Shown in pieces: positions 1 to 13,389 of a stretch of 64,000 nt of DNA. Both the position numbers and the translations under genes were made by a program. Source of the stretch: Octopus vulgaris (taxonomy: Eukaryota); contig OX597823.1 of the NCBI GenBank assembly GCA_951406725.2, positions 43,648,001 to 43,712,000 on the forward strand, given 5' to 3'. The stretch's first letter is position 1. Each line of letters starts with the position of its first letter. Under the pieces are notes generated by a model, which saw only the letters and a list, made by a program, of their open reading frames with translations, ran no database searches and was not told where the DNA came from.

Positions 1-405
1 TAAGTCAGCGCTTTATGCATAATTCAATATTTATAGTTCTCTATTTCTAACAGAAATTCTGTCCTCAATAACTATAGATCTATTTCTAAATGTATTTCTT
101 TTCCTTCATGCACTCCCGTCTGTCTCTTGACAAAGCTTTCTTTCTCCAGCGTTCACCACGTCACCTCGTTAGGGTTAAACAGCCCTTAGCGAAAATTTTG
201 ACTGTCCTGATTTTGTTAGCAGCTTTGACGTTCCACGTATCTCAAATTTTATCTAATTTGGTTTGGGAGAGCAATTGCTTTGACGAAGACACATCTTGTT
301 GCAATGCGGAGCAAGTAAAGTTGCCAACATCTGAGGAAGAGTTGTTTGTTTTTTTTTTATATTCTGCCTTCACGCTATAGTTCTCTATGTAATTAAGATT
401 CTTCT

Positions 406-447
406 GCCAAGCCAAGCCAAGCCAAGCCAAGCCAAGCCAAGCCAAGC
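406..447 (+). repeat. (GCCAA)n pentanucleotide microsatellite
   Basis: gccaagccaagccaa... about 8 units, read directly. Confidence 0.95.
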
Positions 448-1050
448 CTTCTGTTAATAGTGGTACGACCACAGCCATAGCGCTCACTGTGGTCTCGTAG
501 CCGTGGACAGTGTGCCCAATGTCGCCCAGAGCCCAGCTCAACACACTCCTTATACCCTAAGTAAGTCATGTGTAAAATTTGAATGAAATTGGTTGTGTAG
601 TTCTCAAGTTTTAGGGAAACACACAGACAGACAGACACACATTCTCAGATACATAAAAGAATGAGAGTGGGTGATGTTTTGTTTGTTGGACCAATGTATT
701 AAGGTTGTATTGTTTTATTGTTTTAAAACGAAAGAGGCAATGTGTTCGTTTCAAAAATAAAAAAGACAAACGTCCGCCAATGGGAAGACAGTTCATATTC
801 GATTAGAGCACTCTGGGTATAATCATAAAAGTGAAAAATGGAATTTTTAGGCAAATCAAACAGTGAAAAACCAAAAACAAAAACATTAAAAAAATATATA
901 ATATAGAAAATATAAAATTGAAAAATTTAAATTAAATTGAAAATAAAAATTATTAAATTATATTTATAATTTGTTTAAAAATATATATAACTATGAAAAA
1001 GTATGAGAAAGTTTAATATACATAACTACAGATATATACACTTTGTATAT

Positions 1051-1218
1051 ATACATTATATATACATATTTATATATAGAACACACACACACATACATTA
1101 TATATACATATTTATATATAGAACACACACATACATTATATATACATATTCATATATAGAACACACACACACACATACATTATATATACATATTTATATA
1201 TAGAACACACACATACAT
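1051..1218 (+). repeat. Minisatellite, ~35-40 bp unit (atacattatatatacatatttatatatagaacacacac), 4+ copies
   Basis: Unit recurs from about 1051, 1093, 1131 and 1174 with a variable (CA) tract. Confidence 0.85.
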
Positions 1219-1612
1219 ATAAATGAATGCAAGAATATCTGATTCATAATATTTGTTCTCATGCTCGTGTGTTGTTGGTGACAGACAGATACGTAAAAGA
1301 ACGCCGATGTAATGGGAAGGTAAGAAACAGAGTGAGTGAAAAAGAGAGGAAATAGCGAGAGTGACAGATACTTTAAATAACGGTAGTGGAATCTATCAAA
1401 GTTATAGATAAAGGGGAGTGAGAGGGTACTGGAGGAAATAGCTGAGTGAGGAAGATGGCCCCTAGCAACCACACCTTTTAAGATAGGGATTTCTAAGGTA
1501 GCCCACGAGCTTCGTCACCTATTTCTACATGTCCCTGTAAATTTTGGAGCGAATCGGACGGGACGTAGTGGCATTGAAAGCGATCCGAGCGGTATATATA
1601 TATATATATATA

Positions 1613-2240
1613 TCTTATTATAAAAGGCAGATTTTATCTGCCTCCCTTTGTCTCTTATAGAAATCTACAATATAGGATTTCTTCAATTACAATTTACCTA
1701 GCATTTTTAAGAGTAGAATGCATCGGGTCATGCCAGGTCCAGTTTTTAAAATTTCAACCCCAATTAAGCAAAATTTAGAGAAAACTCACATTGTGGTGTG
1801 TAAGTCAAGTGCTTTTCTTATTGTGGGCTAGAGCACACGCACACACACACACACACACACAAAAACGGAGCGATCTGATTCACTCACGCTATCACTCTAA
1901 TTTCTACTCCTTTCTCTTTGTAAGTGTGCAACGATTAAAGTGAAACTATTTCTATAAAACGAGAGAAGTGTACCTTAATAAACAACTAAAAAAAAACACA
2001 GCAAACAGAAACAAATAAATACATAACGATTTACTCCTCAAACAATTTCTTCAATTAGAGTTTACCCATGATTTTTCAAAGTACTCCATTGGGTCATGCC
2101 ATACAAAATTTCTTTCAATTTTACCCCCAATTAAGACAAAATTCGAGAAAACTCAATATTTTAACATTTCACTCTGCATATTACTCCCACTTTCTCTTTA
2201 CACACATAGACACGCAAATATATAAATAAAATTGTAAGCT

Positions 2241-2313
<73 letters not shown>

Positions 2314-3576
2314 CTGTGTGTGTGTGAGGGTGCGTGTGTGTCTGTGTGTGTGTGCGTGTGTGTGAGTGTGTGACAGGGATGAGCAAGTCAAACTGGTCAT
2401 CCTTTTGCTAGATCACCTAACATCTAAAGTTATCTCTAAGTAGCAGTCGCCCAAAAGTGTATATAGACACACACATGTATGTATAATGTGTGTGTATATA
2501 TTTCCATAGAGGTAACCATTCACTCCATACAAAGTTATTTAGGACGAATTGGACGAATATAAGATCTAAAGTATATCCAAGTAGCAGAAAGTATCGCCCA
2601 AAAGTGTATATAGATATTTAAATGTATTTATATATTCATCTATACACACATGTATGTATAATGTGTGTGTATATATTTCCATAGAGGTAACCATTCACTC
2701 CGCACAAAGTTTTTTAGGACGGACGAAAATCTTTATATATAAAAGAAAGGTTGTGTGTCTGTCTACTCCGATTTAGATTCCTAACTACTCCCACATTTTG
2801 TGATGCAGTTTAACCAAAACCGGGTATCTTATAGTCGTGATTCATATCGAGCCCTTCTGGGTATTAGCGCGCGTCTATGATGAGTCTACGATTTTAAAAA
2901 TAATTTACCATCATTTTTTTCCATTTTAATGCATACTTTTTTTTAATAAAGGGAAGTAACACTCAAACTTCACATCAATATGCGTGCTCATATGCGACGT
3001 AATATCACATCAGCAGCATTTCCTCACACCCTCCTTGCACTTGGCGAAGGCAAAATACCAGGGTATGAAAATGATAATATTGCCATCGATTCCATTTGTA
3101 CCATTGTTAAGACGCCTCCTGATCTCAGAGATGCAGTGTTCCCAGATCTACAAGCTAATTATCAGAATATGGATTGGATTGGCAAAAAGGCTGTACTGGC
3201 CCCGAGGAATAAAACTGTTCACCATATTAATGATGAAATGCTAAAACTCATTCCTGGGGAAGTCTATGTATATCAGTCTATCGATACAACTCCTGACCCA
3301 GAGGACGTCATCAACTATCCAATAGAGGTACTCAATTCCTTTGAGCACCCCGGACTACCACCACACTTTCTCAAACTTAAAGTTGGTGCCCCTATAATGC
3401 TCATCAGAAATTTGGTTCCCCCAAAACAATGCAATGGCACACGTTTGATCGTTAAGTCCTTATCTCCCACCGTAAACTTATATCAATATTTGCCTGAATA
3501 ATCATCATAATTCAGTGCAATCATTAACAGTACTTTCAAGCAATTCAGCCCCGTGCAACGCCGGGCAATTCTGCTA

Positions 3577-3577
<1 letters not shown>
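1613..3577 (+). mobile_element. Composite non-autonomous Helitron with two 5' ends, a Pif1 fragment and a 3' hairpin + CTAG
   Basis: A|TC start at 1613 (tcttattataaaaggcag) and a second A|TC start at 2730 (tctttatatataaaag). The 3' end cccgtgcaacgccggg-caattctg-CTAG|T closes at 3577. A/T insertion context, no TSD. Confidence 0.8.
2980..3501 (+). pseudogene. Helitron RepHel Pif1-family helicase fragment (173 aa)
   Basis: Motifs LLALGEG, VFPDL, AVLAPRNKTVHHIN, YPIEVLNSFEHPGLPPHFLKLKVGAPIMLIRNL and CNGTRLIV are typical of Helitron Pif1 helicases. Truncated at both ends. Confidence 0.92.
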
Positions 3578-3626
<49 letters not shown>

Positions 3627-4511
3627 CTGAAGTTGTCTGGATATATGTATGTATGTATGTGTGTGTGTGTATACGTATGTATGTGTAGAGACCTCTTTTG
3701 GCTCCACCTGAGTTTTGAAACTGAATGGGTAAATTTCCCCCTAACTATAGAGCCTTATTGTTCTGTTGAGGAACAATGTTGTTTTATTCAACCGAAGGCC
3801 TTCCCAACATTTGATTGATGTATTTTCCTCTTGACCCATAACCCTTCTAGTTTGTAAAGGGTTTAAATAAATAATATAAGGGTCTTTACCCTTTCAACGG
3901 CAGATCGAGAAATATATTTTTTGTAACTAAACACTTTCAACCTTCGGACACTAACCCTAACCCTAATGTGTCATATAAAACATATTTTACTTTTAATGTT
4001 ACTCTTGACCGCGGCCATGCTGGAGCATCGCCTTTAATCGAGCAACTCGACCCCGGGACTTATTCTTTTTGTAAGCCCAGTACTTATTCTATCCTTAGCC
4101 AATCATATTGTCTGTTTTCATTTGAAATTATTAGCTGCATAATGTTAATGTGACGTAGATAGCTATTTTGTGAGTGGGTAAGCAGTAAGCAAAAAGCTGT
4201 GGTAGATGTGGTTATCATGGCAGTGGTGGTAGTGGTGACAGTGGATGTGTATGATGGCAGCAATTATAGTGTTGGTGTTTTTGTAGAGGTGGTGGTGGTG
4301 GCGGCAGTGGATGATGATGATAATGATGATGATAGTAGTAGTAGTAGCATTGATTATGTTAGGATGTCTCATGGATGGTAGTGTTGGTGTGTGTGTGTGT
4401 GTATGTATGGATCAAAACAGTTTGATTCAAATTCTGTGATTCTTATATATTCATACATACATATACATGTAGATGTATATAACATATATATATTGTATGT
4501 AAACATCTTTT

Positions 4512-4558
<47 letters not shown>

Positions 4559-4632
4559 GTATGCATCTATAATACACACACATTATAAATATATACACAT
4601 ATATGCATATGCATTAGAATATGTGTGTATAG

Positions 4633-4679
<47 letters not shown>

Positions 4680-5511
4680 TATGTTTGTATACATGTGTGT
4701 GTAGCTATTTAGGATCTAGTTAGCTATTTTAGTTAGCTATTTACATGTTTACGTTAACTACGTCACAAAATAGTTGTTTACCCCACAGTAACAATATTTT
4801 GAGAAGCAGTAAATAATATGAGGTCGAAAGAAAGAATATCATTGGTTAAAATTCGAATTATTAAACAACGTTAAACTTAGAAATTACAATTCCGTTTTCA
4901 TTTTGGTTTACAATTATGTTTTCTTTTGACACATTCTACCAGTATACGAAGTTTCAAATTGTTTAGTTAACTAGGAAAATCTGGCTTTCAAAAAGAAAAG
5001 ATCCTGAAAAAGATTCTATGTAGGATCTCAATCTGATAGAACTAACAAATAGATATTCTAAATATCCTCCATCAAAGTACATTTAACAATGTAGTTTTTG
5101 GTAGATTAAGGTTTGGAATTCGATGGTATGATCCCACCTAGAATGTTTTGGGTATTATGTTTAATTGATCAAAAGTACTATGACTCTCCTTGCTACATTC
5201 ATAATATAACATGATATTCGTTGGTGACTTGACACGCTATGTTCTTAAAATGTCATTGGAGTCAACCACATTAGTGTGGTTCAAACTCTCTTAGCTCTTG
5301 AATCCTCCAATATTTTCAGCACAAAGGACAATGAGCCTTCTCGAAACATCCAGATTGTTCGTTTTCCTCTTAGCTCCATTCGGCCGACTCCCATCGCTAA
5401 AATGTCGTCCCGGAACGAACGTACTTCACTATGTCTTCCTTGGTCTTCAACTTGGTCATTTTTCTCCTTCCGGCGTTCACTCCACCACGATGGTAGCATA
5501 TCTATCCTTGA

Positions 5512-5604
5512 TTTGCGCCAGTAGATCGCCCGATCAAGATAAATAACGAAGCATTAGCGCCAAGTAGTATTATTTACCTTGGTCGGGCGATCTACTGGTG
5601 CAAA
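5512..5604 (+). other. 35-bp stem hairpin
   Basis: tttgcgccagtagatcgcccgatcaagataaataa pairs with ttatttaccttggtcgggcgatctactggtgcaaa: 32 Watson-Crick pairs, 2 G-U and 1 mismatch. Confidence 0.9.
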
Positions 5605-5946
5605 CCAGTCAAAGAGCTTACTGACTTACATATAATGCTCCAGCTTTATCAAGTTGGTTCCAAATTGCCTCACTAAGGTACTCCTCATTGACAAGAGCCA
5701 AAAACCCGAAACATCGATGTCTGGGATTCCTAACAGATGGCAACACTGAACGAACTGACCGTTTTCACACCTTTTTACCATAAGAGTGATTTTTTACTCC
5801 ATGGTAATTGCAGTGTATTTGCCTTTTAGCAGTTGAAATATGTGGCAAACATATTTCAATTAGCCTCAATTCTACTCATAGCTAAACACTGCTTTTAACG
5901 CTAATGCTTCACTTTCCTCCGTTTTCCTTTTCTATTGGACTTCCTC

Positions 5947-5984
5947 TGTTTCTGAAGAAGAGCTCTACTCGAAACGTTAAAACA
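5947..5984 (+). ncRNA. Minimal hammerhead ribozyme-like motif in a Penelope-type repeat
   Basis: tgttt-CTGAAGA-a-gag(ctcta)ctc-GAAAC-GTT-a-aaaca gives stem I, the CUGANGA core, stem II, GAAA and a palindromic stem III. Confidence 0.6.
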
Positions 5985-6066
5985 TCTTTCATTCCTTCCC
6001 TGAGCATCTGCTAATACTTTACATGTACTACGTCCTCGCGTCATTGTGTTTTTGAGGGGGGGATTT

Positions 6067-6106
<40 letters not shown>

Positions 6107-6374
6107 AGAGTAAGCACATAAATGTGAAATCAGGTAGGAAAATAGTACTCGAATACCGGATGTAGACTAATATACCACTTAATAATAATATATATATACT
6201 AACACTAATACCCATCGTTGATCGGATAATTACTTTTACATTTTCTCGGGAGCCACATTCAAAGTATTATTATATATATAATTTACTCCTCTTGTATGTA
6301 TGTATTCTACAAAAGAAAACATTTAATAATTCAAGTAGAACAAGAATCAGTTTGATACACGAAATTCTGTTTTC

Positions 6375-6450
<76 letters not shown>

Positions 6451-6721
6451 AGATAGATATACACATATATGTTTTATATATGTGTATGCATATATATATA
6501 TATGTATATGTATGTATGTATGCATGTATGAATGAATGTATGTATATAAGTGATACATGTCGGCGATTTCTTTTTCTTCTTTGGACTTTTCCTCTTCTCC
6601 TCTCCGACAAAGAATTATGCTCGAAACGTCAAACTATCGCTTTTCACCGAGCGTCAAGCTAAAACATTTTTTATGTATGTCCTCTTGTTTTCCGTTAATT
6701 TTACACGTTTATTTGAATTGA

Positions 6722-6809
<88 letters not shown>

Positions 6810-8248
6810 ACAAAACCTTACTTGGAGGAAACGAAATGAAACGAAACGAAACGACGCGAGGGCGCTCAGTCATACAATAGTGTAATAAATAAAATATATG
6901 CATACATATATGTACGTACCTACATCTACATGTATATATACATGCATATATAAATATATATACGTATAGGACACCACAAATAGACGTAGAACTCAACGAG
7001 AAACGAAAACGTAAAAACAAACATGGAAACGGACCTTTTTTTTAACAACGAAAAAACAGAGTACAAGACAAACAACACAAGGAAAATTCCCCTTCATCAG
7101 CTGTATATATATATATATATATATATATGAGAAATATGAGCTCACAAGCATGTCACAGTCACAGTTTCTATAGAAATTGTATTTCATCTGAGATTAGGTA
7201 AAAAATACATTCGAAATCCGTACCATTTATGCTGAAGACGAACTACCAAAAAAGAAAGCAGAATAGTAACAGAAAAATATCACGCAAGAAGAATATAGAA
7301 AAAAATTAAACGAATAAAAATGTAACTAACAATAAATAACACGTGGGGATAGGGTGCGACTACAAAATATTTCTACCAAGATATTTCTGAACCTAATTCA
7401 CTAGGTTTTTGGAGGAGGAGTGGAATATAACGATCTGATCACATGAATGTAATGTAACTGATTGCCCATTATTGGAAGATACTGGAAAATAAAGAGTTAA
7501 CGGAATAGAGAGAAATTTGAGAAGTTCAAAGGGTAAATTATTCAATATATGTTAAGAATTCTTGCTCGTGTGGAAAGTCAAAAAATAAAAGCAGTAACCA
7601 GATTTATATATGTACTACAATATCGAATCCAGAATAACAAGGACAACGGTTTGTGTTTATCTAGAAATACGTTTCTATAAGTGTATCTTCTATAAATGTT
7701 ATAGAAAAGAACAAGTCCGCTACCTTAATCAATGATATACATAGTTATTTTCCGAAAGCATGATAAATTGGGAGGAAGAAAAGAAAAGATTACAGAAATT
7801 GAATATATGCCATATTCGACTCCAGAAGCCAAACGATTTCTTATAAAATGTTTACAACAAAAAGTAAAATAACAATATTTCACCCAAAAAAAAAATAATA
7901 AAATAAACGGGTGAATCATATAAATTGCCCTGTGCTGAAAACAACAATTGCTTAGTAAGGTTTAGGAGAAAATAAAATGAATACAAACAAATTCATGCGG
8001 GCTAGAAAAAATAACTACTGAGAAAATAATGAGAAAAAATTGTATAAATAAATAAATATGCATATTCGAAATGCAATAATTATATAAACAGGAATAGAAA
8101 TAGAAGACAGCTAAATATATTAAAAGTACGTAAAGGAAATATGAAGCTTACGTTCCAAACAACAGGTCAAATGTTATATATATATATATATATACATAAA
8201 TACATACATACATGCATACATACATGCATATATACATATGAACATATG

Positions 8249-8285
<37 letters not shown>

Positions 8286-8423
8286 GCTCTCGCACACAGA
8301 CACATAATTATATACATATACAAATACAACACGGTAAACTTTGAAAAAACACAAACTGTAACCATAAAAAGACGTTGATCATAAAATATGCAGTATTGAT
8401 AACTAAATTCTAGCATGATGTAC

Positions 8424-8454
<31 letters not shown>

Positions 8455-8482
8455 TGTATGTATGTATGTATGTATGTATGTA

Positions 8483-8514
<32 letters not shown>

Positions 8515-8699
8515 AGTCTATGTATCTATATATGTGTGCATATATATGTGTGTATAGCGAATTAATAAGGAAACCTAAAATCCTATCTGTAAGTTTATAT
8601 ACACACAATCACACATAGGCACACACACACACATACATACATACATACATACATACTTACACACACAGACTCACACACACACATACACATATGCTTGCG

Positions 8700-8995
8700 T
8701 CACAACACTTAAACAGAACCATTTGACCTAAACCAGCCCTGATCTCTTTAACATCATGCCAAGACACGTAAAGAGAAAGAATGATCTCATAACTTTTGAA
8801 ACTGTTTCTGGCTGAATATCTCCAAAAATTCTGAATAGACCAGCTACACTCTCTCATATATCTCTGCAAACAGAAACTGCTTACTGGCATGGGTTATAGT
8901 CTCCAAAAAATGATTGTAATATGACATATTAAACATCTTCTATTAGTCATGTCCTGGGCCAATTCTGGCCGAAAGTTATCTAAATATCAAAGTAT
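8700..8995 (+). mobile_element. Degraded CR1-like LINE 3' end
   Basis: Terminal cctgggccaattctggccgaaag...tatcaaagta matches the element end at 37737-37778. Confidence 0.55.
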
Positions 8996-9486
8996 ATATG
9001 CGTGTGTGCACGTGTGTGTATGTGTATGTGTGTGTGTGTATGGGTGTGTGTGTGTGGGTGTGTGTGTGTGTGTGTGTGCATGCATATATACATACACCTG
9101 CACATAAACACAGATAGCTACATTTACATTTACATAAAAAATTATGCAGGCTACCTCTGTATTACCCCGGCTTGGTTTATGCTAATCGACAGTAAGACGA
9201 GTTTGGAATTTTCTCAAATCGTCGACGATGCTCAACCATTGAAATATCGACCAATTACCACAAACTACTGTGGTTTCAGAAAGTTACATAGAATGCAGAG
9301 AAGATTTCTAAAGAAAAGCTCGAGCTGCCAGCGAATGGTCAACGCAATTGAGATACTCTCGTGGTAAAATGGTGAGATGAGTTGTGATCATTAACATTGT
9401 CAGTGGAAGAATGGAATCAGGAAGATATTCCACCAAGTGAAATATTATTTGCGAGTTACATTATTGTCTTTATCTTGTTTGTTGTC

Positions 9487-9532
9487 AACACAACGTTTCG
9501 GTTGATATGCCCTCCAGCCTTCATCAGGTGTC
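9487..9532 (-). ncRNA. Minimal type I hammerhead ribozyme motif, intact core
   Basis: Reverse complement reads gacac-CTGATGA-a-ggctg...caacc-GAAAC-GTT-gtgtt. Confidence 0.7.
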
Positions 9533-9587
9533 TTGGAGAAATTTCGAACCGGGGTTCTCATTACAAAGTTATTTTTCGATGTTGTTG

Positions 9588-9845
9588 TTAAGTATCTTTG
9601 ATCAATTCTTTGAAGTGGGTGGAATTCTTCATGTACAGTATTGACTTTCCTGCTAATGGACTGATTAAATCCACAAGAAACCGACTTAGTGGATGACATG
9701 CTGAACCTCTACAGTTCACTCTAGGTTTTAATGGAATACCATCATTGTGAATCTTAGGGAGACTGTACATGTGTGGTAGTTTACTGTAGTGTTGAGTCAG
9801 TTGTCTGTACTTCATTGGTGTAAAGTGATCCTTGTTCTTGATCAA
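9588..9845 (-). pseudogene. Penelope-like reverse transcriptase N-terminal fragment
   Basis: MYSLPKIHNDGIPLKPRVNCRGS...LSRFLVDLISPL...KNSTHF matches the YGLPKIHK..PLRPIVS motif of PLE RTs. Confidence 0.85.
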
Positions 9846-9884
9846 GATCTATGGCAACTTATAATAATAATAATAATAATAATG

Positions 9885-9946
<62 letters not shown>

Positions 9947-9994
9947 GTGGAAAAATACCTTAAGAATGAGACCCCAGGTACGAAAATTCCCCAA

Positions 9995-10040
9995 GACACC
10001 TGATGAAGGCTGGAGGGTATATCAGCCAAAACGTTGTGTT
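9995..10040 (+). ncRNA. Hammerhead ribozyme motif with a core mutation (GAAA to AAAA)
   Basis: gacac-CTGATGA-a-ggctg...cagcc-aaaac-gtt-gtgtt. Confidence 0.6.
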
Positions 10041-10338
10041 AATAACAAACAAGCTGAGGACAAATATCCGTCAAATGTAAAAAATGTAAATAATTCCTCA
10101 TCTCTTAAATATAGAACTGTAAACAGAGTTAATTTTACTGAAGTGGAACACAAAGCGTTTGAGGTTAACCCATAGCAGGTTCTGTGAGTTTCAGGAAGTG
10201 TGGCAAGAAGAATTGATATCGAACTTGTTAACGTATTTCCTTCAAAATTCCAAGTCATTCTCCAGTAAAGTATATATTCTAAAGATCTTATTCTGCATGT
10301 AGATGAAGAAGAACATTAACAATAGAAAATAATACCTA

Positions 10339-10562
10339 TTTCTTTACTACCCACAAGGGGCTAAACACGGAGAGGACAAACAAGGACAGACAAACGGATT
10401 AAGTCGATTACATCGACACCAGTGCATAACTGGTACTTATTTAATCGACCCCGAAAGGATGAAAGGCAAAGTTGACCTCGGCGGAATTTGAACTCAGAAC
10501 GTAACAGCAGACGAAATACCGCAAAGCATTTCACCCAGCGTGCTAACGTTTCTGCCAGCTCG
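10339..10562 (-). mobile_element. tRNA-type SINE, family A
   Basis: Reverse complement has a B-box-like gagttcaaattcc and the tail ccccttgtgggtagtaaagaaa. Homologous copies at 32795, 45808 and 49747. Confidence 0.85.
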
Positions 10563-10569
10563 AAAAGAA

Positions 10570-11400
10570 TACCTTCAACGACGTTTATTGCTCTGGAACA
10601 AAATTGTGCTCTTAAATTTTAAACTGCGAAAGATAGATTCCCATTGCTTTTTAATAAATAATAACGTTTTAGGAAACATAATATAAAGGCCGGTGTTAGT
10701 CTTCAACTTGGAAACACTTCGTACGTTGATACAGTTAAATAAGTAACAACTGCCCAGTTGTTAAAAGTCTATTGGAAGGCGCGTGTCACAGAGATGCTAC
10801 TCTTGGACTGCTGCACTAGCTATTTTGAACGGCTGTGTACAACTTCTGTATTGGGAATGGTTTATCATTTGAAGTTTTCGGGGGTTTTTTTTTTCTGTGA
10901 GACAACGCTTCTAGCCATCTCTCGAATTTTAATTAAGTTTAAAGTAAACAGAATTTATAGGCCACCAAACGCATCTTTTCTACAACAAATAAACAAAGGC
11001 GTGAGAATAACTTTTAATGTGTTGCTACGCGCAGAATTCTTTTTAAAAATAAGTTTGTTAGACAGATATCCTTATATGATTAAAGTACGAAGTGCAGTCG
11101 TTTCATATTTTACATCAGTCCATTATTTTATACCGCTGGGAAAATGTAGTGCGGTTTAAATGAATTTTTGAAGTTTCACCCGAGTCAAGGAACGACCTAG
11201 TAAGGTTTTTGATTGACTGAGAATTATTATACATTGCATTCAAATGATGTTTCGAAGTTGATAGAAGATAAAAGTGAAGAGGTTTCAGTAGATGACATCA
11301 TGGAATTTATTGTTGATGGAAAAAGAAGACAAAAGACGTTTATGATGAAAAATTATCACATTAGACGGAACACTTGCACACAAAAAGAGAGGAGAAAAAC
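10570..11400 (+). pseudogene. Degraded pogo/Tigger-type (DDE_1) transposase relic
   Basis: Translated patches VYWKARVT and RPPNASFLQQINKGVRITF resemble the LPPNTTSLIQPMDQGVI..FK motif. Many stops and frameshifts. Confidence 0.6.
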
Positions 11401-12497
11401 AACGAATATATACTAGAATTTATCATGGAGATGACGAAAATGTACACCTTTAAACGATTTTTTGCAAACGCTTATTCTTTGATTGATGAGTGTAATTAAT
11501 CACGACTGGCTGAGAAGTAAATTTGTATAAAGGGGGATTTTAAGGAATTCTCAACACATTGTTTTATAATTTTTAACGATAAAATAATACAGGTAAAGCC
11601 TTCTGAATTCATACTTTTGGAAGGTGAAAGTCTTTTAATTTGGTATCTTGACATCAGTGGATGACCACCAACTGTTGCCGCCATTTGTCTTAATGGTAAT
11701 TCCATTCTTAATACTGACTATTTTTGCATCAATTAACATATTCACGAAAATCGGAAAAGCTTATAACACACAGCCACTGCTTAATTTGTATTCTTTTCTT
11801 AGAATGTTTTGAGTTCTGCCAGTCATAAGCCGGTTACCGAGGTCTTATAGCGTATAAGTGATCCAGATCACAAGAGTCACCCTGAAGAAAGCGCCAGTCC
11901 CTCGCTTATTTTACAGGTCCATCACTTATGTTACTTATTATGCAGATGAGTTGAGTCAAGCAAAGTGAAATGAAGTGTTTTTCTCAAGAACAATACACAA
12001 TACCTCATCCGGGAACCGAAAAGACGATCTTACGCTCACGAGTGCAAATTACCCTAACTGCTAGGCCGCACGCCATCACAAATACTTCCCAACAAGCTGA
12101 TTAAAAGTGATTCGTAAATTATCTTGATTGTGGTACACAGATTCATACGAACTTACTATACAGCGTGATGGCAATCGCAAAACGCCTTCTTCTAGAAAAT
12201 GAACAATGCATCTATGAACCAAGCATAAAAAAACCACTGGATACATTGGTATCAAATTAGAAAAGCTTTGAAACAAACATCAAAAGATTTCAGTCAATAA
12301 GAGTGCAAATTCATTACATCATAACATCAGCCGAGATGTTACAGCGTTGCGCTTACGACCACACGATCGTGGGCTCGATATCTAAACCGTTCGGTGCTAT
12401 GCCTCTCTTCAGCCAGGCGCACCATTTCGCGTTGCCTTAGTCTAGTCAACCGAAAATGTATACTAATCTTGAATTGGTGTCTCTCTCGCTCTCTCTT

Positions 12498-12541
<44 letters not shown>

Positions 12542-13286
12542 GCAGTCACATCATCACTGTCCTTCTCAGTAAAAAGATGGGAACTGAGATGTCGTCTGTT
12601 TTTGTTTGCGACTATATAAACACCTACGATAACTAGCGAAAGCATGGAGCATGCAGCCAACTCATACTCGCTTGAGAGTAACGCCTACAATTAATTATCT
12701 AAACCACGGTTTCGATGCAAAATACGGATCTGAAATCCTAGCAACAGACAAAAAAATAATGATAAACACAATCTATTTTAGATGCACATTAACTGCTTCA
12801 CACAAAATTATATACTGCACTTTGATACAAACAAATTTCGTATGGACAAAAATTGCAGTTGGTTGAATCGATTCTTCTACATTGTATGTAATTATTTATT
12901 GATTCATTTATTGATTATACTTGATCTCTGAATATAGTATGTATAAATTCGATCCCGTCAGTATTTCAAATTAAAACATTAAGGCACTCTACTAGATAAT
13001 AGAAAATATCTAGACAGTTCTCTATAAGCTTCCCCGTCTTCACTGCCCTGAAATCGACCAAAACATATATTGCAAACAGCCAAAATGGGAATATGCAAAT
13101 TTAAGCAATCGCTAATTCATTTATGGATGTATTTATTTGTAAATAAGATTTACCTAATAACTAGCTAGAGACAGTTGTTTGCCGCCGTAGAATCTTCTGT
13201 GCAGGAGTATGAATGTGTATATGTGCGTGTATATATTTCTGCATGTTCCTGTGTATGTGTGCGAAACATGTGCATATATACGTAAG

Positions 13287-13353
<67 letters not shown>

Positions 13354-13355
13354 AC

Positions 13356-13389
<34 letters not shown>

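Larger units (their letters stand above)
9445..10120. mobile_element. Penelope-like element remnant: RT fragment flanked by two oppositely oriented terminal-repeat copies
   Basis: 9445-9590 (-) and 9945-10120 (+) are homologous. Between them lie an RT fragment and an (ATA)n tract. Confidence 0.8.

Noticed and set aside
1051-1218. CRISPR-like regular repeat
   Set aside because: The units are contiguous low-complexity tandem repeats with no unique spacers and no cas genes, in eukaryotic context.
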